A stretch of DNA of 64,000 nt from Nemertoderma westbladi. Its lineage: Eukaryota > Animalia > Xenacoelomorpha. The translations under genes and the position numbers were made by a program. This document shows positions 51,160 through 62,106 of the stretch, one piece after another. The first letter of the stretch is position 1; every line of letters begins with the position of its first letter. A model generated the notes under the pieces. It was not told the origin of the DNA and did no database searches. It saw nothing but the letters and a program-made list of their open reading frames with translations. The stretch lies in the NCBI GenBank assembly GCA_032718475.1, contig JAUCBJ010007526.1, positions 44,980-108,979 of the forward strand, written 5' to 3'.

Positions 51160-51950
51160 TTTCAGATATTTCGCCCTCTAGCAGCAGACTCGAGAACTGC
51201 AGCAGCAGCAGATTAATCACCTTCCTCAAAAAGACACAGCATGTAGTCGTGGTCAGGTACTTATATTCCAAGACTCAGCTTAAACAGATTAATATGAAGA
51301 AAATTAAGGGTAAGCGGAAGATCACTTTCATACATTTTACCCTCTAGGAGCAGGACTGGAGAACAGAACTGCAGACCAATTACCGACCCCACCAAGACTG
51401 CAAGGCACATTACTGCATTACTGACGCAGGATGTATTCTAAAGAGAGCACATACTGATACATACAGACAGACAGACAACATATTTGACAAGTTTCAGCTA
51501 GGACGGATCATAAATAATGGAATGAGTCAAGGATGTCACTTTCAGACATTTTTGCCCTCTAGCGGCAGACTGGAGAACAGATGACCGATAACCTTCTTCC
51601 CAAAGATTCAACATGTGGTATAGAAGCAGGGCCTATACCAGTATACCGTAGTACCAACATTCTATGCCTATGCCAACATTCAGCTAAAGGTAATCCTGTA
51701 ATCGAATTAGAATCACAGAAATGGGAGAAGGTTTTCACTTTCAGACATTTCGCCCTCTAGGAGCAGACTGGAGAACTGCAGATGAATCACCGTCCTCAAA
51801 AAGACACATCATGTAGTCGTGATCTGGTACTATATTCCAAGACTCAACTTAAACAGATTAGATCAAGTAAATGGCAGAATGGGTACAGGGGAAGTGGAAG
51901 GATCACTTTCATACATTTTGCCCTCTAGTGGTAGACTGAAGAAATGCAGA
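51160..51950 (-). promoter_or_regulatory. Cluster of CTCF-like bipartite motifs carried by an internally repeated element
   Basis: Five copies of CGCCCTCTAGNRGCAGACTGGAGAACTGCAG (about 51172, 51340, 51555, 51751, 51920), with more at about 54074 and 54259. The reverse-complement consensus CTGCAGTTCT-N5-CTGCCGCTAGAGGGCG resembles the CTCF upstream and core motifs. Confidence 0.5.
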
Positions 51951-52035
51951 CCACTTACCGACCCCTCCAAGACACAGCAGCAGCAGCACATTGATGCAGG
52001 ATGTATTCTGGCCGAGCACATACTGGCATAAAGAC

Positions 52036-53967
52036 CAGTCGGTGATATAGGCGATTTTGGACTTATTCCAATTTTGGAACTTTGTGCGAGGGTAGATTGC
52101 GAAATCGGAATACACTCCAAAATTGGACTTTTATAAATTAAAAAAAATATATTTTTTAGTGTCTCATGTGCGGCGCGAAGGCCTTTGAACCGTTTCAACA
52201 GATTGTTTTAGTATCTCACATACTGCGCGAACGCGAAGGTATCTTAAACGTTTCAACAGTTTGTTACACAATGTTGGAGTCTTGGAGTACGCCACGTGCT
52301 GCGCGAAGGTCTCTTAAATGTTTCAAGGGTTCAACAGCTTGTTACACAATGTTACAGTGCGCCACGTGCTGCGCGAAGGTCTCTCAAACGTTTCAACAGA
52401 TTGTTACACAATGTTACAGTAAGCCACGTGCTGCGCGAAGGTCTCTTAAGCATTTGAACAGCTTGTTACACAATGTTACAGTGCGCCACGTACTGCGCGA
52501 AGGTCTCTCAAACGTTTCAACAGATTGTTACACAATGTTACAGTAAGCCACGTGCTGCGCGAAGGTCTCTTAAACATTTGAACAGCGCGCCACGTGCTGA
52601 GCGAAGGTCTCTCAAACGTTTCAACAGATTGTTGCACAATGTTACAGTAAGCCACGTGCTGCGCGAAGGTCTCTTAAAAATTTGAACAGCTTGTTACACA
52701 ATGTTACAGTGCGCCATGTGCTGCGCGAAGGTCTCTCAAACGTTTCAACAGATTGTTACACAATGTTACAGTAAGCCACGTGCTGCGCGAAGATCTGTTA
52801 AACATTTGAACAGCTTGTTACACAATGTTACAGTGCGCCACGTGCTGCGCGAAGGTCTCTTAAACGTTTCAACAGCTTGTTACACACTGTTACAGTTCGC
52901 CACATGCTGCGCAAAGGTCTCAAAGGTTTCAACAGATTGTTTCAGTACCCCATGTGCTGCACGTAGGTCTATTAAACGTTTCAACAGCTTGTTAACAATG
53001 TTACAGTACGCCACGTGCTGCGCGAATGACTCTTAAACGTTTCAACAGCTTGTTACACAATCTTGGAGTACGCCACGTGCTGCGCGAAGGTCTCTTAAAC
53101 GTTTCAACAGCTTGTTACACAATGTTACAGTTCTCCACATGCTGCGCGAAGGTCTCAAACGTTTTAACAGATTGTTTCAGTATTTCACATACTTCGCGAA
53201 GGTCTCTCAAACGTTTCATCAGATTGTTATACAATGTTACAGTATCGCATGTGTGTGCAGCACATGCGAAGGTCTCTTAAACGTTTCAACAGATTGTTTC
53301 AGTATCCAACATGCTGCACGAAGGTCTCTTAAACGTTTCAACAGATTGTTACAGTGCCCCACATGCTGCACGAAGGTCTCTTAAACGTTTCAATGGATTG
53401 TTTCAGTATCTCAAATACTGCGTGAAGGACATGGAAGGTATCTTAATCATTTCAACAGATTGTTACAGTTCTAGTTTTTAAAATCTATTTACGTATGTAC
53501 GTACATTGACAAAGTGAAACAAAATAGAGTAAATAAGATAAATTTCATTCAGAAAGACAACTGTGGACTTAAATTGCTAAGTGCTGCTATGTGCTGTTCA
53601 ACACAAACAATACGCTACCCATTCTGCCATTTTACTGCAGTGTACTGTACCTACAGCGTAGTACAGTAGTATAGTGCTGATGGAAAGACAAAATTGGACC
53701 TAAAGTCCAAAATTGGATGCGCAAAACTTTAAATGTCGGTTGTCTTTGTGGTGCACCGTGAAATTTTCTCGTGCACGTTCAAAGCTCTTATTTAGTAGTA
53801 AAGAACATGTAGGTTAAATTTCAGATCCCGTCTGAAAAAATTGTAGGCCTTGGAAAATTCACTGTAATTCATATCAAAATCAATTCCGATATTGGAATGG
53901 AAGTCCAATTTTGACTTAGCAAGTTCCAAAATTGGATCAAGTCCAAAATCGCCTATATCACCGACTG
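52036..53967. mobile_element. Non-autonomous hAT element
   Basis: TIR CAGTCGGTGATATAGGCGATTTTGGACTT at both ends, with 8-bp TSD ATAAAGAC at 52028-52035 and 53968-53975. Confidence 0.9.
52166..53470. repeat. 62-bp tandem repeat with alternating A/B variants inside the hAT element
   Basis: GCCACGTGCTGCGCGAAGGTCTCT(C/T)AAAC..TT.AACAG.TTGTTACACAATGTTACAGT units, for example starting at 52361 and 52423. Confidence 0.92.
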
Positions 53968-55664
53968 ATAAAGACAGACAGACAATACAACATATTTTTG
54001 ACAAGTTTCAGCTTGACTGCTTGAACGGATCATAAATAACGGAATGAGCCAAGGATTTCACTTTCAGATATTCGGCCCTCTAGCGGCAGACTAAAGAACT
54101 GCATGCAGATTAGCCCCCTTTGAATGACACATGACAGCTATGAGCTAATGGTTGGTCTAATACAAGTATGACAAGTTTCAGCATTGTCTTTTGGTCGGAT
54201 TAAATGCAGAGAGATGGGAGGACATTTATTAATTGTTAATGTTTGACATGTAGCGGTAGCCCTCTAGCGGGAGACTGTTGTACTGATGGTGTCGAACAGT
54301 CTCTAAAATCCCAACTTTTGGTCTTATTGATGCATTGTACAATTTCTCAACAAAGTTTGTGTCAATTACAATGGGTTACTACTGTTCGATTTATGTTATG
54401 TCCCAAATTCCCCCAACTGTCCCAAATTACCCCATGCTGGGTTAATTTGGGACACTGATGAATATTAATTAAAAAAGGGTAATTAATTATTTGAAAATAA
54501 AAATTAAGTAATTAGTTTGATAGAATGGGTACATGGTGCAACTTGATAAGGTCGGATTATCAAAAAAATGTTTTTAAGATTCTGAAAAAAGCTTTAAAGG
54601 ACGATTTTGTCCCAAATTACCCCAGTTTACCCTAAATCAAAATAATAATAAGAAATTAAAGAAATATAATTAAAACATTTTTGGAGGGAAATTTGAAATA
54701 TGCCTACTAGCAAGGTGCCAGGTGCAGTAAATTGTCCACCAATAAACATTCATCCCTCTCCAGGGGAAATTCGACGCATATAACAGCAAAAAAAACTGTA
54801 ACCTGTTCTATTGTGCTTAGTTTATTGTTTTGGTTAAATTAACGTGCTACTGTAACCTGCTCCATTCCCTAAATTGAGTATTTAACATTGAGGCGGGATA
54901 TTAATTCGCCAAGGTGGGATTTGCGTCAAGCCCCCCCCCCCCCTGTCTCGAAAAATCAGCCCTTTCGTATTTTATTGTTTATGATTGATACGTCTGTTAA
55001 TCGGATTCAGAATACATTTCAACATAAAGAAATGCAGCAATCTCCGTTCGCCAAAATTTTGTTTCCAAGATGGAACCAACGATATGAGCCAAGTTTGAGC
55101 TTAAACGGGTTAAAATCAAGTAAACGATGGAAGGTTTTCATTTCCAGACATTTCGCGTTTCTAAGACAGTTTACGACATTTTTAGCGGCAGACAGAGAAC
55201 TGCAAACGGATTGCCTCCTTCGAACGAAACAGCTAATAATTTGGGTTGAATTATAAATATATTTCATTAATTTTTTTCTGGTTGAATTATATTCAAACAC
55301 TTTATTTTTCCATATATTAATATATGAAACAGCAATAATTATAACAATTAATTTAAATACACTTTAGTTATATTAACTTAAACACATATAATTGATAATA
55401 TAATGTTGAATTATATTTCATTAATAATTTCTTTTTATATTTCCCATTTTAAAAATTTATGAAATTGGCTTCATTCAGCCACCGTAATTATGGTCTGCTC
55501 CGCTTAAGGTCTGCTGTTTTTTTTCTTCCAGTCCTCTTGGAGGATCCTCCTATTAAAAAAATACCAGATATTGAAATTACTAGGCAACTTTTAATATTTA
55601 ATTTTCCATAATATTATTAACACATCACGTCATCAGCATCAGCATATTATTATTTATTGGATTT

Positions 55665-56400
55665 TATTCTATTTACACTATTTATCATCATTCTGCTCAC
55701 ACTATTTATCATTATCCTTTATATTATTATATATATGATATATTATTATTATTATCCTGCTCACGCTTTTTTACATCATTGTGCTCACGCTTTTTAACAT
55801 CATTCTGCTCACACTATTTATCATTATCCTCCTCACGCTTTTTTACATCATTGCGCTCACGCTTTTTAACATCATTCTGCTCACACTATTTATCATTATC
55901 CTGCTCACGCTGTTTTACATCATTGTGCTCACGCTATTTATCATTATCCGGCTTACGCTTTTATCATCATTCTGCTCACGCTATTTTTTATTATTCAGCT
56001 CACGCTTTTTATCATCATGTGCTCAATATTTATAATTTTGTTTACACTATTATCATCATTCTGCTATCACTATTTATAATCATTCTGCTCTCACTATTTA
56101 TCATTTTCCTGCTCACGCTTTTTTTCATCATTCTGCTCACACTATTTATTTATCATCATTCTGCTGACACTATTTTTCATTACTCAGCTCACGCTTTTTC
56201 TCATCATGTGCTCAATATTTATTTTTATGTTTACACTATTATCATCATTCTGCTATCACTATTTATCATTTTCCTGCTCACGCTTTTTTTCCATCATTCT
56301 GCTCACACTATTTATCATCATTCTGCTCAAGCTTTTTTGCATCATTGTGCTCACGCTATTTATCATCATTCTGCTCACACTATTTATTATCGTTCTGATT
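55665..56400. repeat. Degenerate ~23-24-bp tandem repeat (TATCATCATTCTGCTCACACTATT) upstream of KLHL17 exon 2
   Basis: Visible repeated TCATTCTGCTCAC(A/G)CT units. They produce the low-complexity IIILLTLF ORFs. Confidence 0.85.
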
Positions 56401-56430
56401 TATCCTTATTATATTAACATTAACCCCCAG

Positions 56431-57942
56431 GTGTTACTCCCGGCTGCCAGCCTCCTCCAGATAGAGTCAGTCCGGGAGGCTTGCTGTCAGTTCCTTCTCC
56501 AACAACTCGATCCTTCCAACTGCCTCGGTATCCGTAGTTTCGCCGACTCCCACAGCTGCCCGGACCTCCTCCAACACTCCCATCACTACGCCCTCCAGAA
56601 CTTCGTCAACGTCATCGAGACCGAAGAGTTCCTCATGCTAAGTTTCGAGGACGTCCTCCTATTGGTCAGCAGCGAGCAACTCAACATCTACTCGGAGGAA
56701 CAAATATTCAAAGCGATAATCCGATGGATTAAACACAACCGGAGTCAGCGGGAGCAGTACGTGGCTCCGCTGCTCGAGTGCGTTAGACTCCCGTTGTTAA
56801 CGCGGGACTTCCTTATGTGTGACGTAGAGACCGAGTCGTTAGTGCGGGGCGACGCGGCTTGTAAAGATCTTCTTATAGAGGCCATGAAGTATCATCTGTT
56901 GCCGGAGCAACGGTCTATGCTCGCGACTCCTAGGACCACGCCGCGTCGTCCTGAAGGACTCAGATCGTTTCTCTTCGCCGTCGGTGGCGGGAGTTTATTT
57001 GCGATCCACGGCGAATGCGAATGTTACGACCCGCTCGCCGACTGTTGGTACGTAATGGCGTCCATGACAACCAGACGCGCTCGCGTCGGCGTTATCGTGA
57101 TTGGTTCCGCGCTGTTCGCGGTTGGAGGCTACGACGGGAGTGTGGACCTGGCGACTATGGAGCGCTACAACCTGCAGACCAACGTGTGGCGTCCCTGCGT
57201 CGCCATGGGGACCCGTCGGAGTTGCATCGGCGTTGCGGAACTCAACGGGTTGCTGTTCGCCGTCGGCGGTTTCGACGGGGCCTCGTGTCTCAACACGGCC
57301 GAGCGGTACGACCCGCTGACCGGGACCTGGACCTCCATCGGGGCCATGAATCTGCGACGACGATACGTGCGGTGCGGCGTCGTTAACGGGTTTATCTACG
57401 CGGTCGGCGGGTACGACGGCTCCTCCCATCTCAGCAGCGCGGAGTTGTTCGATCCGCGAACCAACGAGTGGACTTTGGTATCGTCTATGACGTCGCGACG
57501 TAGTAGTGCAGGGGTCGCCGTCTTGAATAATCAGTTGTATGTAGTCGGAGGGAACGACGGTTCCTCTTGTTTATCGAGTTCCGAGCGGTACGACGCGCGG
57601 ACGGAGCGATGGGAGTTAGTCGCCCCGATGTTAACGCGGAGGTCCACCCACGACGTAGTAGCGATGGATGGATTCCTCTACGCGATAGGCGGGAACGACG
57701 GGAGTTCCTCCCTCAACTCGATGGAACGTTACGACCCCGTTACTAACTCGTGGACGAGTTTGCGTCCGATGGTGACTAGGAGGAGTTCGGTGGGGGCCGC
57801 GGTTAGTCAGCTGGTCGCTCTACCGCTGTCCGTGACTGCTGCCCCGGTATCCGCCGCACATAGAGGGGGCACCTTGGTTGGGGATGTCAGCAACGCCTTG
57901 GTGCTACGGGAGGAAAGGGTGTCCGAGGCGGGGTCACTATAG
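56431..57942 (+). CDS. KLHL17: Kelch-like protein 17 exon 2: BACK domain and six Kelch repeats
   Basis: CCCCCAG acceptor. Encodes VLLPAASLLQ, LDPSNCLGIR, LFAVGGGSLFAIHGECECYD, TRRARVGV, GTRRSCIGVA, GASCLNTAERYDPLTGTWTS, RRRYVR, RRSTHDVVAMDG and GGNDGSSSLNS, which I recognise as diagnostic of KLHL17. The spliced protein is 684 aa. Confidence 0.95.
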   Translation: MLLPAASLLQIESVREACCQFLLQQLDPSNCLGIRSFADSHSCPDLLQHSHHYALQNFVNVIETEEFLMLSFEDVLLLVSSEQLNIYSEEQIFKAIIRWIKHNRSQREQYVAPLLECVRLPLLTRDFLMCDVETESLVRGDAACKDLLIEAMKYHLLPEQRSMLATPRTTPRRPEGLRSFLFAVGGGSLFAIHGECECYDPLADCWYVMASMTTRRARVGVIVIGSALFAVGGYDGSVDLATMERYNLQTNVWRPCVAMGTRRSCIGVAELNGLLFAVGGFDGASCLNTAERYDPLTGTWTSIGAMNLRRRYVRCGVVNGFIYAVGGYDGSSHLSSAELFDPRTNEWTLVSSMTSRRSSAGVAVLNNQLYVVGGNDGSSCLSSSERYDARTERWELVAPMLTRRSTHDVVAMDGFLYAIGGNDGSSSLNSMERYDPVTNSWTSLRPMVTRRSSVGAAVSQLVALPLSVTAAPVSAAHRGGTLVGDVSNALVLREERVSEAGSL

Positions 57943-59486
57943 AACGGGTGTCCGAGGCGGGGTCACTCTAGAAAGGGTGTCCGAGGCGGGGTGGGTCACT
58001 ATAGAACGGGTGTCCGAGGAGGGGTGGGTCACTCTAGAACGGGTGTCCGAGGCGGGGTGGGTCACTCTAGAACGTGTGTCCGAGGAGGGGTGGGTCACTC
58101 TAGAACGGGTGTCCGAGGCGGGGTGGGTCACTCTAGAACGTGTGTCCGAGGCGGGGTGGGTCACTCTAGAACGGGTGTCCGAGGCGGGGTCACTCTAGAA
58201 CGGGTGACCGAGGCGGGATCACTCTAGAACGGGTGTCCGAGGCGGGGTGGGTCACTATAGAACGGGTGTCCGAGGAGGGGTGGGTCACTCTAGAACGGGT
58301 GACCGAGGCGGGATCACTCTAGAACGGGTGTCTGAGGAGGGGTGGGTCACTCTAGAACGGGTGTCCGAGGCGAGGTGGGTCACTATAGAACGGGTGTCCG
58401 AGGAGGGGTGGGTCACTCTAGAACGGGTGTCCGAGGAGGGGTGGGTCACTCTAGAACGGGTGTCCGAGGCGGGGTGGGTCACTCTAGAACGTGTGTCCGA
58501 GGCGGGGTGGGTCACTCTAGAACGGGTGTCCGAGGCGGGGTCACTCTAGAACGGGTGACCGAGGCGGGATCACTCTAGAACGGGTGTCCGAGGCGGGGTG
58601 GGTCACTATAGAACGGGTGTCCGAGGCGGGGTGGGTCACTATAGAACGGGTGTCCGAGGCGGGGTCACTCTAGAACGGGTGACCGAGGCGGGATCACTCT
58701 AGAACGGGTGTCTGAGGAGGGGTGGGTCACTCTAGAACGGGTGTCCGAGGCGGGGTGGGTCACTATAGAACGGGTGTCCGAGGAGGGGTGGGTCACTCTA
58801 GAATGGGTGTCCGAGGAGGGGTGGGTCACTCTAGAACGGGTGTCCGAGGCGGGGTGGGTCACTCTAGAACGGGTGACCGAGGCGGGGTGGGTCACTCTAG
58901 AACGGGTGTCCGAGGCGGGGTGGGTCACTCTAGAACGGGTGTCCGAGGCGGGGTGGGTCACTCTAGAACGGGTGTCCAAGGCGGGGTCACTCTAGAACGG
59001 GTGACCGAGGCGGGGTGGGTCACTCCAGAACGGGTGTCCGAGCCGGGGTGGGTCACTATAGAACGGGTGTCCGAGGCGGGGTGGGTCACTATAGAACGGG
59101 TGTCCGAGGCCGGGTGGGTCACTATAGAACGGGTGACAGAGGCGGGATCACTCTAGAACGGGTGTCCGAGGCGGGGTGGGTCACTATAGAACGGGTGTCC
59201 GAGGCGGGGTGGGTCACTATAGAACGGGTGTCCGAGGCCGGGTGGGTCACTATAGAACGGGTGACCGAGGCGGGGTGGGTCACTCTAGAACGGGTGTCCG
59301 AGGCGGGGTGGGTCACTATAGAACGGGTGTCCGAGGCGGGGTGGGTCACTCTAGAACGGGTGTCCGAGGCGGGGTGGGTCACTCTAGAACGGGTGTCCGA
59401 GGCGGGGTGGGTCACTCTAGAACGGGTGTCCGAGGCGGGGTGGGTCACTCTAGAACGGGTGTCCGAGGCGGGGTGGGTCACTCTAA
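57917..59486. repeat. 33-bp G-rich minisatellite (GGGTGTCCGAGGCGGGGTGGGTCACTCTAGAAC) with 29-bp variants, starting in the KLHL17 terminal codons
   Basis: Directly visible array. The first unit contains the KLHL17 stop (TCACTATAG). Confidence 0.97.
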
Positions 59487-60680
59487 ACAATCCCTCTAAA
59501 TTAAGTAAGAGAATTTTACTATATTTTCGATTATCTTAAGAATTATGTTAAACCAGCGTTTTTAACAGAGAAGCCACTGATAATTTGATTGTCAATATAA
59601 AATATATTGTTTATATACCGCCGGCCAAGATTGGTATATCTATGGTATATCGAGTTCTCTATTTGTAATTTATTGTGTTGTAGGTTACTGCACAGCACAC
59701 TTTGTTCATTTAAAAAAAATATGATTGTTCGATATGAAATTGAAAATATTTATGTCCTAAATACAAAATAAATATTTTCAGTTTCTCGCTTCGTTGACTG
59801 TTTGGCGATGTTCTGATATAAAATATAATGAAGTTGATCGATGTAACAATTCAGCGTCATTTATTTATGTTACCCTTCATGTAACCAACCACCACCACCG
59901 ATGTAGTAGGAATGTTACACCCACATTCTCACTTTATTCTTTATTATGACATGTTGTACCTGCATATCGTTGTATTTACATCAATTGGTTTTCGTTTAAA
60001 CGTGTTTGCGAAATATTGCGGTAGTTTATAGTAATTAGTTAGTTTTCTAAAATTAATTAATCTTGTAGAACTGACTGACACATTATCTAATATTAAACAC
60101 ACACCCGAGAAAAAAGGGAGAAACTGTTTGCTGAATCTACGGCAAAATACTGAAACTAGGAACTGATACCGGTAATAAATGTGTCGTCACCGGTGATGTG
60201 AGCCGACCCCAGTCTTTCAAATATAAGTCATACTTTAAATATTTAATCAAATGGCTGTCCTATTTAATTCATAATTAGCAATATTATTAGTAATGCAATA
60301 TTTTGGAGTAGCCTAGTGCTGGCCCATTCATGTATAATGTATTTTAGTTAGTTACTAATTGTAGTTAATCTTTGTAAATAATATTATAATTAATTAATTA
60401 AACAGTTTCTGCTTCTGTTATCTTCCCTCACGTAATACAAACACCATTTCCAAATCCCTTGCAATGGTGATGTTGTGAAAATCAATACAAACTCAAAACA
60501 ACATTAAATTATTATTTAAATTAATTAAAAAAGTTAATTAAATGTTTTATATTTTTGTAACCAATCATGATTATTGGTAATTAAGGGGATCAGCCCGCCG
60601 TCCAAATTCCATGTATTTCACTATTAATTAACACATATATTTAATGTTTCTAACCGACGTCGAGCGCGGCGTGAGCATAA

Positions 60681-60840
60681 TTAATCAAAAATGTCTCTAG
60701 GCGGAGAGATATTAGTGGTGTTGAGGGTCTAACCACGGTTATGAATAATTTAAAACGTTTTAATTATTTAAATTATTTATAACCGTGGTTAGACCCTCAA
60801 CACCTCTACTATCTCTCCTCCTGGAGACATTTTTGATTAA
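60681..60840. repeat. ~160-bp near-perfect palindrome (hairpin MITE-like)
   Basis: TTAATCAAAAATGTCTC...GGTGTTGAGGGTCTAACCACGGTTAT / ATAACCGTGGTTAGACCCTCAACACC...GAGACATTTTTGATTAA, bounded by TTAA. Confidence 0.85.
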
Positions 60841-61257
60841 CAATTAACACAAAGGTACATTTATCTCGAGATTGGCGAAACAGATTTTCCTAATTTTTGG
60901 TGAGAATGTTGAAATCAATTGTCTCAAGATGTTGAACCAAAAAAAATTTAAAAATTATTGATAAAAATTGAAATTTGATTAATATTTTTTATTTAAAAAA
61001 TATATTACATTGCATTGCCTAATATTCACGCTATAGGGGTTTTCCTAGGCGGTGATTTCATACCGGTATCCGATGTCAGTTTTTAGTTTTATCAATATCT
61101 AGAATGTCTGTCTGTATGTCTGTCTGTCTTATATTTTGACAAACAGACCGACAAATAGACAGACGGTCACACAGAAAGACAGTCCAGATTTCATCAAAAC
61201 TAAAAAGTAGGATCGGAAGTGAAACCACGGACCAAGAAACACCCCTTAGCGAATAAT

Positions 61258-61340
61258 ACGGGTTTACTGTGGAAGATCACCCATCGTGGTGAACAGGCAT
61301 TCCTTGGCTTAAAGATCCTTAAATATTCTCCCATTCATAA
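61258..61340. mobile_element. Second copy of the ~90-bp short interspersed insertion
   Basis: Same core as 21951-22039, flanked by CGAATAAT on both sides. Confidence 0.65.
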
Positions 61341-62106
61341 CGAATAATCTAGGCAAGTGGTATGCTTTCTTAGTTTTTGACAGACAAATTGACAGACAGA
61401 CATACATACATTCTGTGTTAATTGTTCAGAGACAGGTCGACATACACACGGACATACAGACATTGTAGACCACTCACCTCAAAAAACTCACCAGGCTTTC
61501 AGATAATTTGAACTTGACCATATAACTGGTCCTATCTAGCCAATGTCACTAGCATAGAAATCCAATCCGCCATGGGACAAGTTGTAATAAAACACACCTC
61601 TATTGAAATAGCTATAAAACAAGAATGGGTTGAGATCTCGTAAAACCGTTTTCAGATTTGAAATCTCTATTAAATTTAACTTTAGAATCGGTCATAACCC
61701 AAAAATCGATTTTTTTGACCCTCACACGACGGGCTGGTCCCCTTAACGAAAAGCCGCGCATTTACCTGGGGGTGGGGATACCAAATTGAATAATATAGTT
61801 GGTGCGATGTGGACTAATAATATTTATAATAATAATTTGTGTGGACTCATCTATTTTAAGTAACGACGTTGCATTATAACACCTCAGCTCAAATTTACCT
61901 CCATTTTTTATATTATTTTTATTGCATGGTGCTCCTATATTTTGTGCTTCATCTATAGTATATTCCTATTAATCATATTATTATTTTATATTTTTACAAC
62001 TATTACTAAATTGTTTTTTGAGTAAATGAGATTGTAATTAATTAAACAGTTTAAAATAGAATCTAATTATAATTATACCGAAATATAAATGTGAATATGG
62101 GTCGTT

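Larger units (their letters stand above)
50950..54632. mobile_element. Non-autonomous Tc1/mariner (pogo/Fot1-like) element with nested inserts, in the KLHL17 intron
   Basis: 25-bp TIR GGGTAAACTGGGGTAATTTGGGACA at 50950 and its reverse complement ending at 54632, with TA on both sides. Subterminal AATTTGGGACA repeats. Confidence 0.85.

Noticed and set aside
56206-56430. Hydrophobic N-terminus of the 578-aa Kelch ORF suggesting a membrane-anchored Kelch protein
   Set aside because: It derives from intronic tandem repeat. The true exon starts at the acceptor at 56431 and splices in phase to the BTB exon.
57878-59539. Repeat ORFs downstream of KLHL17
   Set aside because: They are translations of the 33/29-bp minisatellite.
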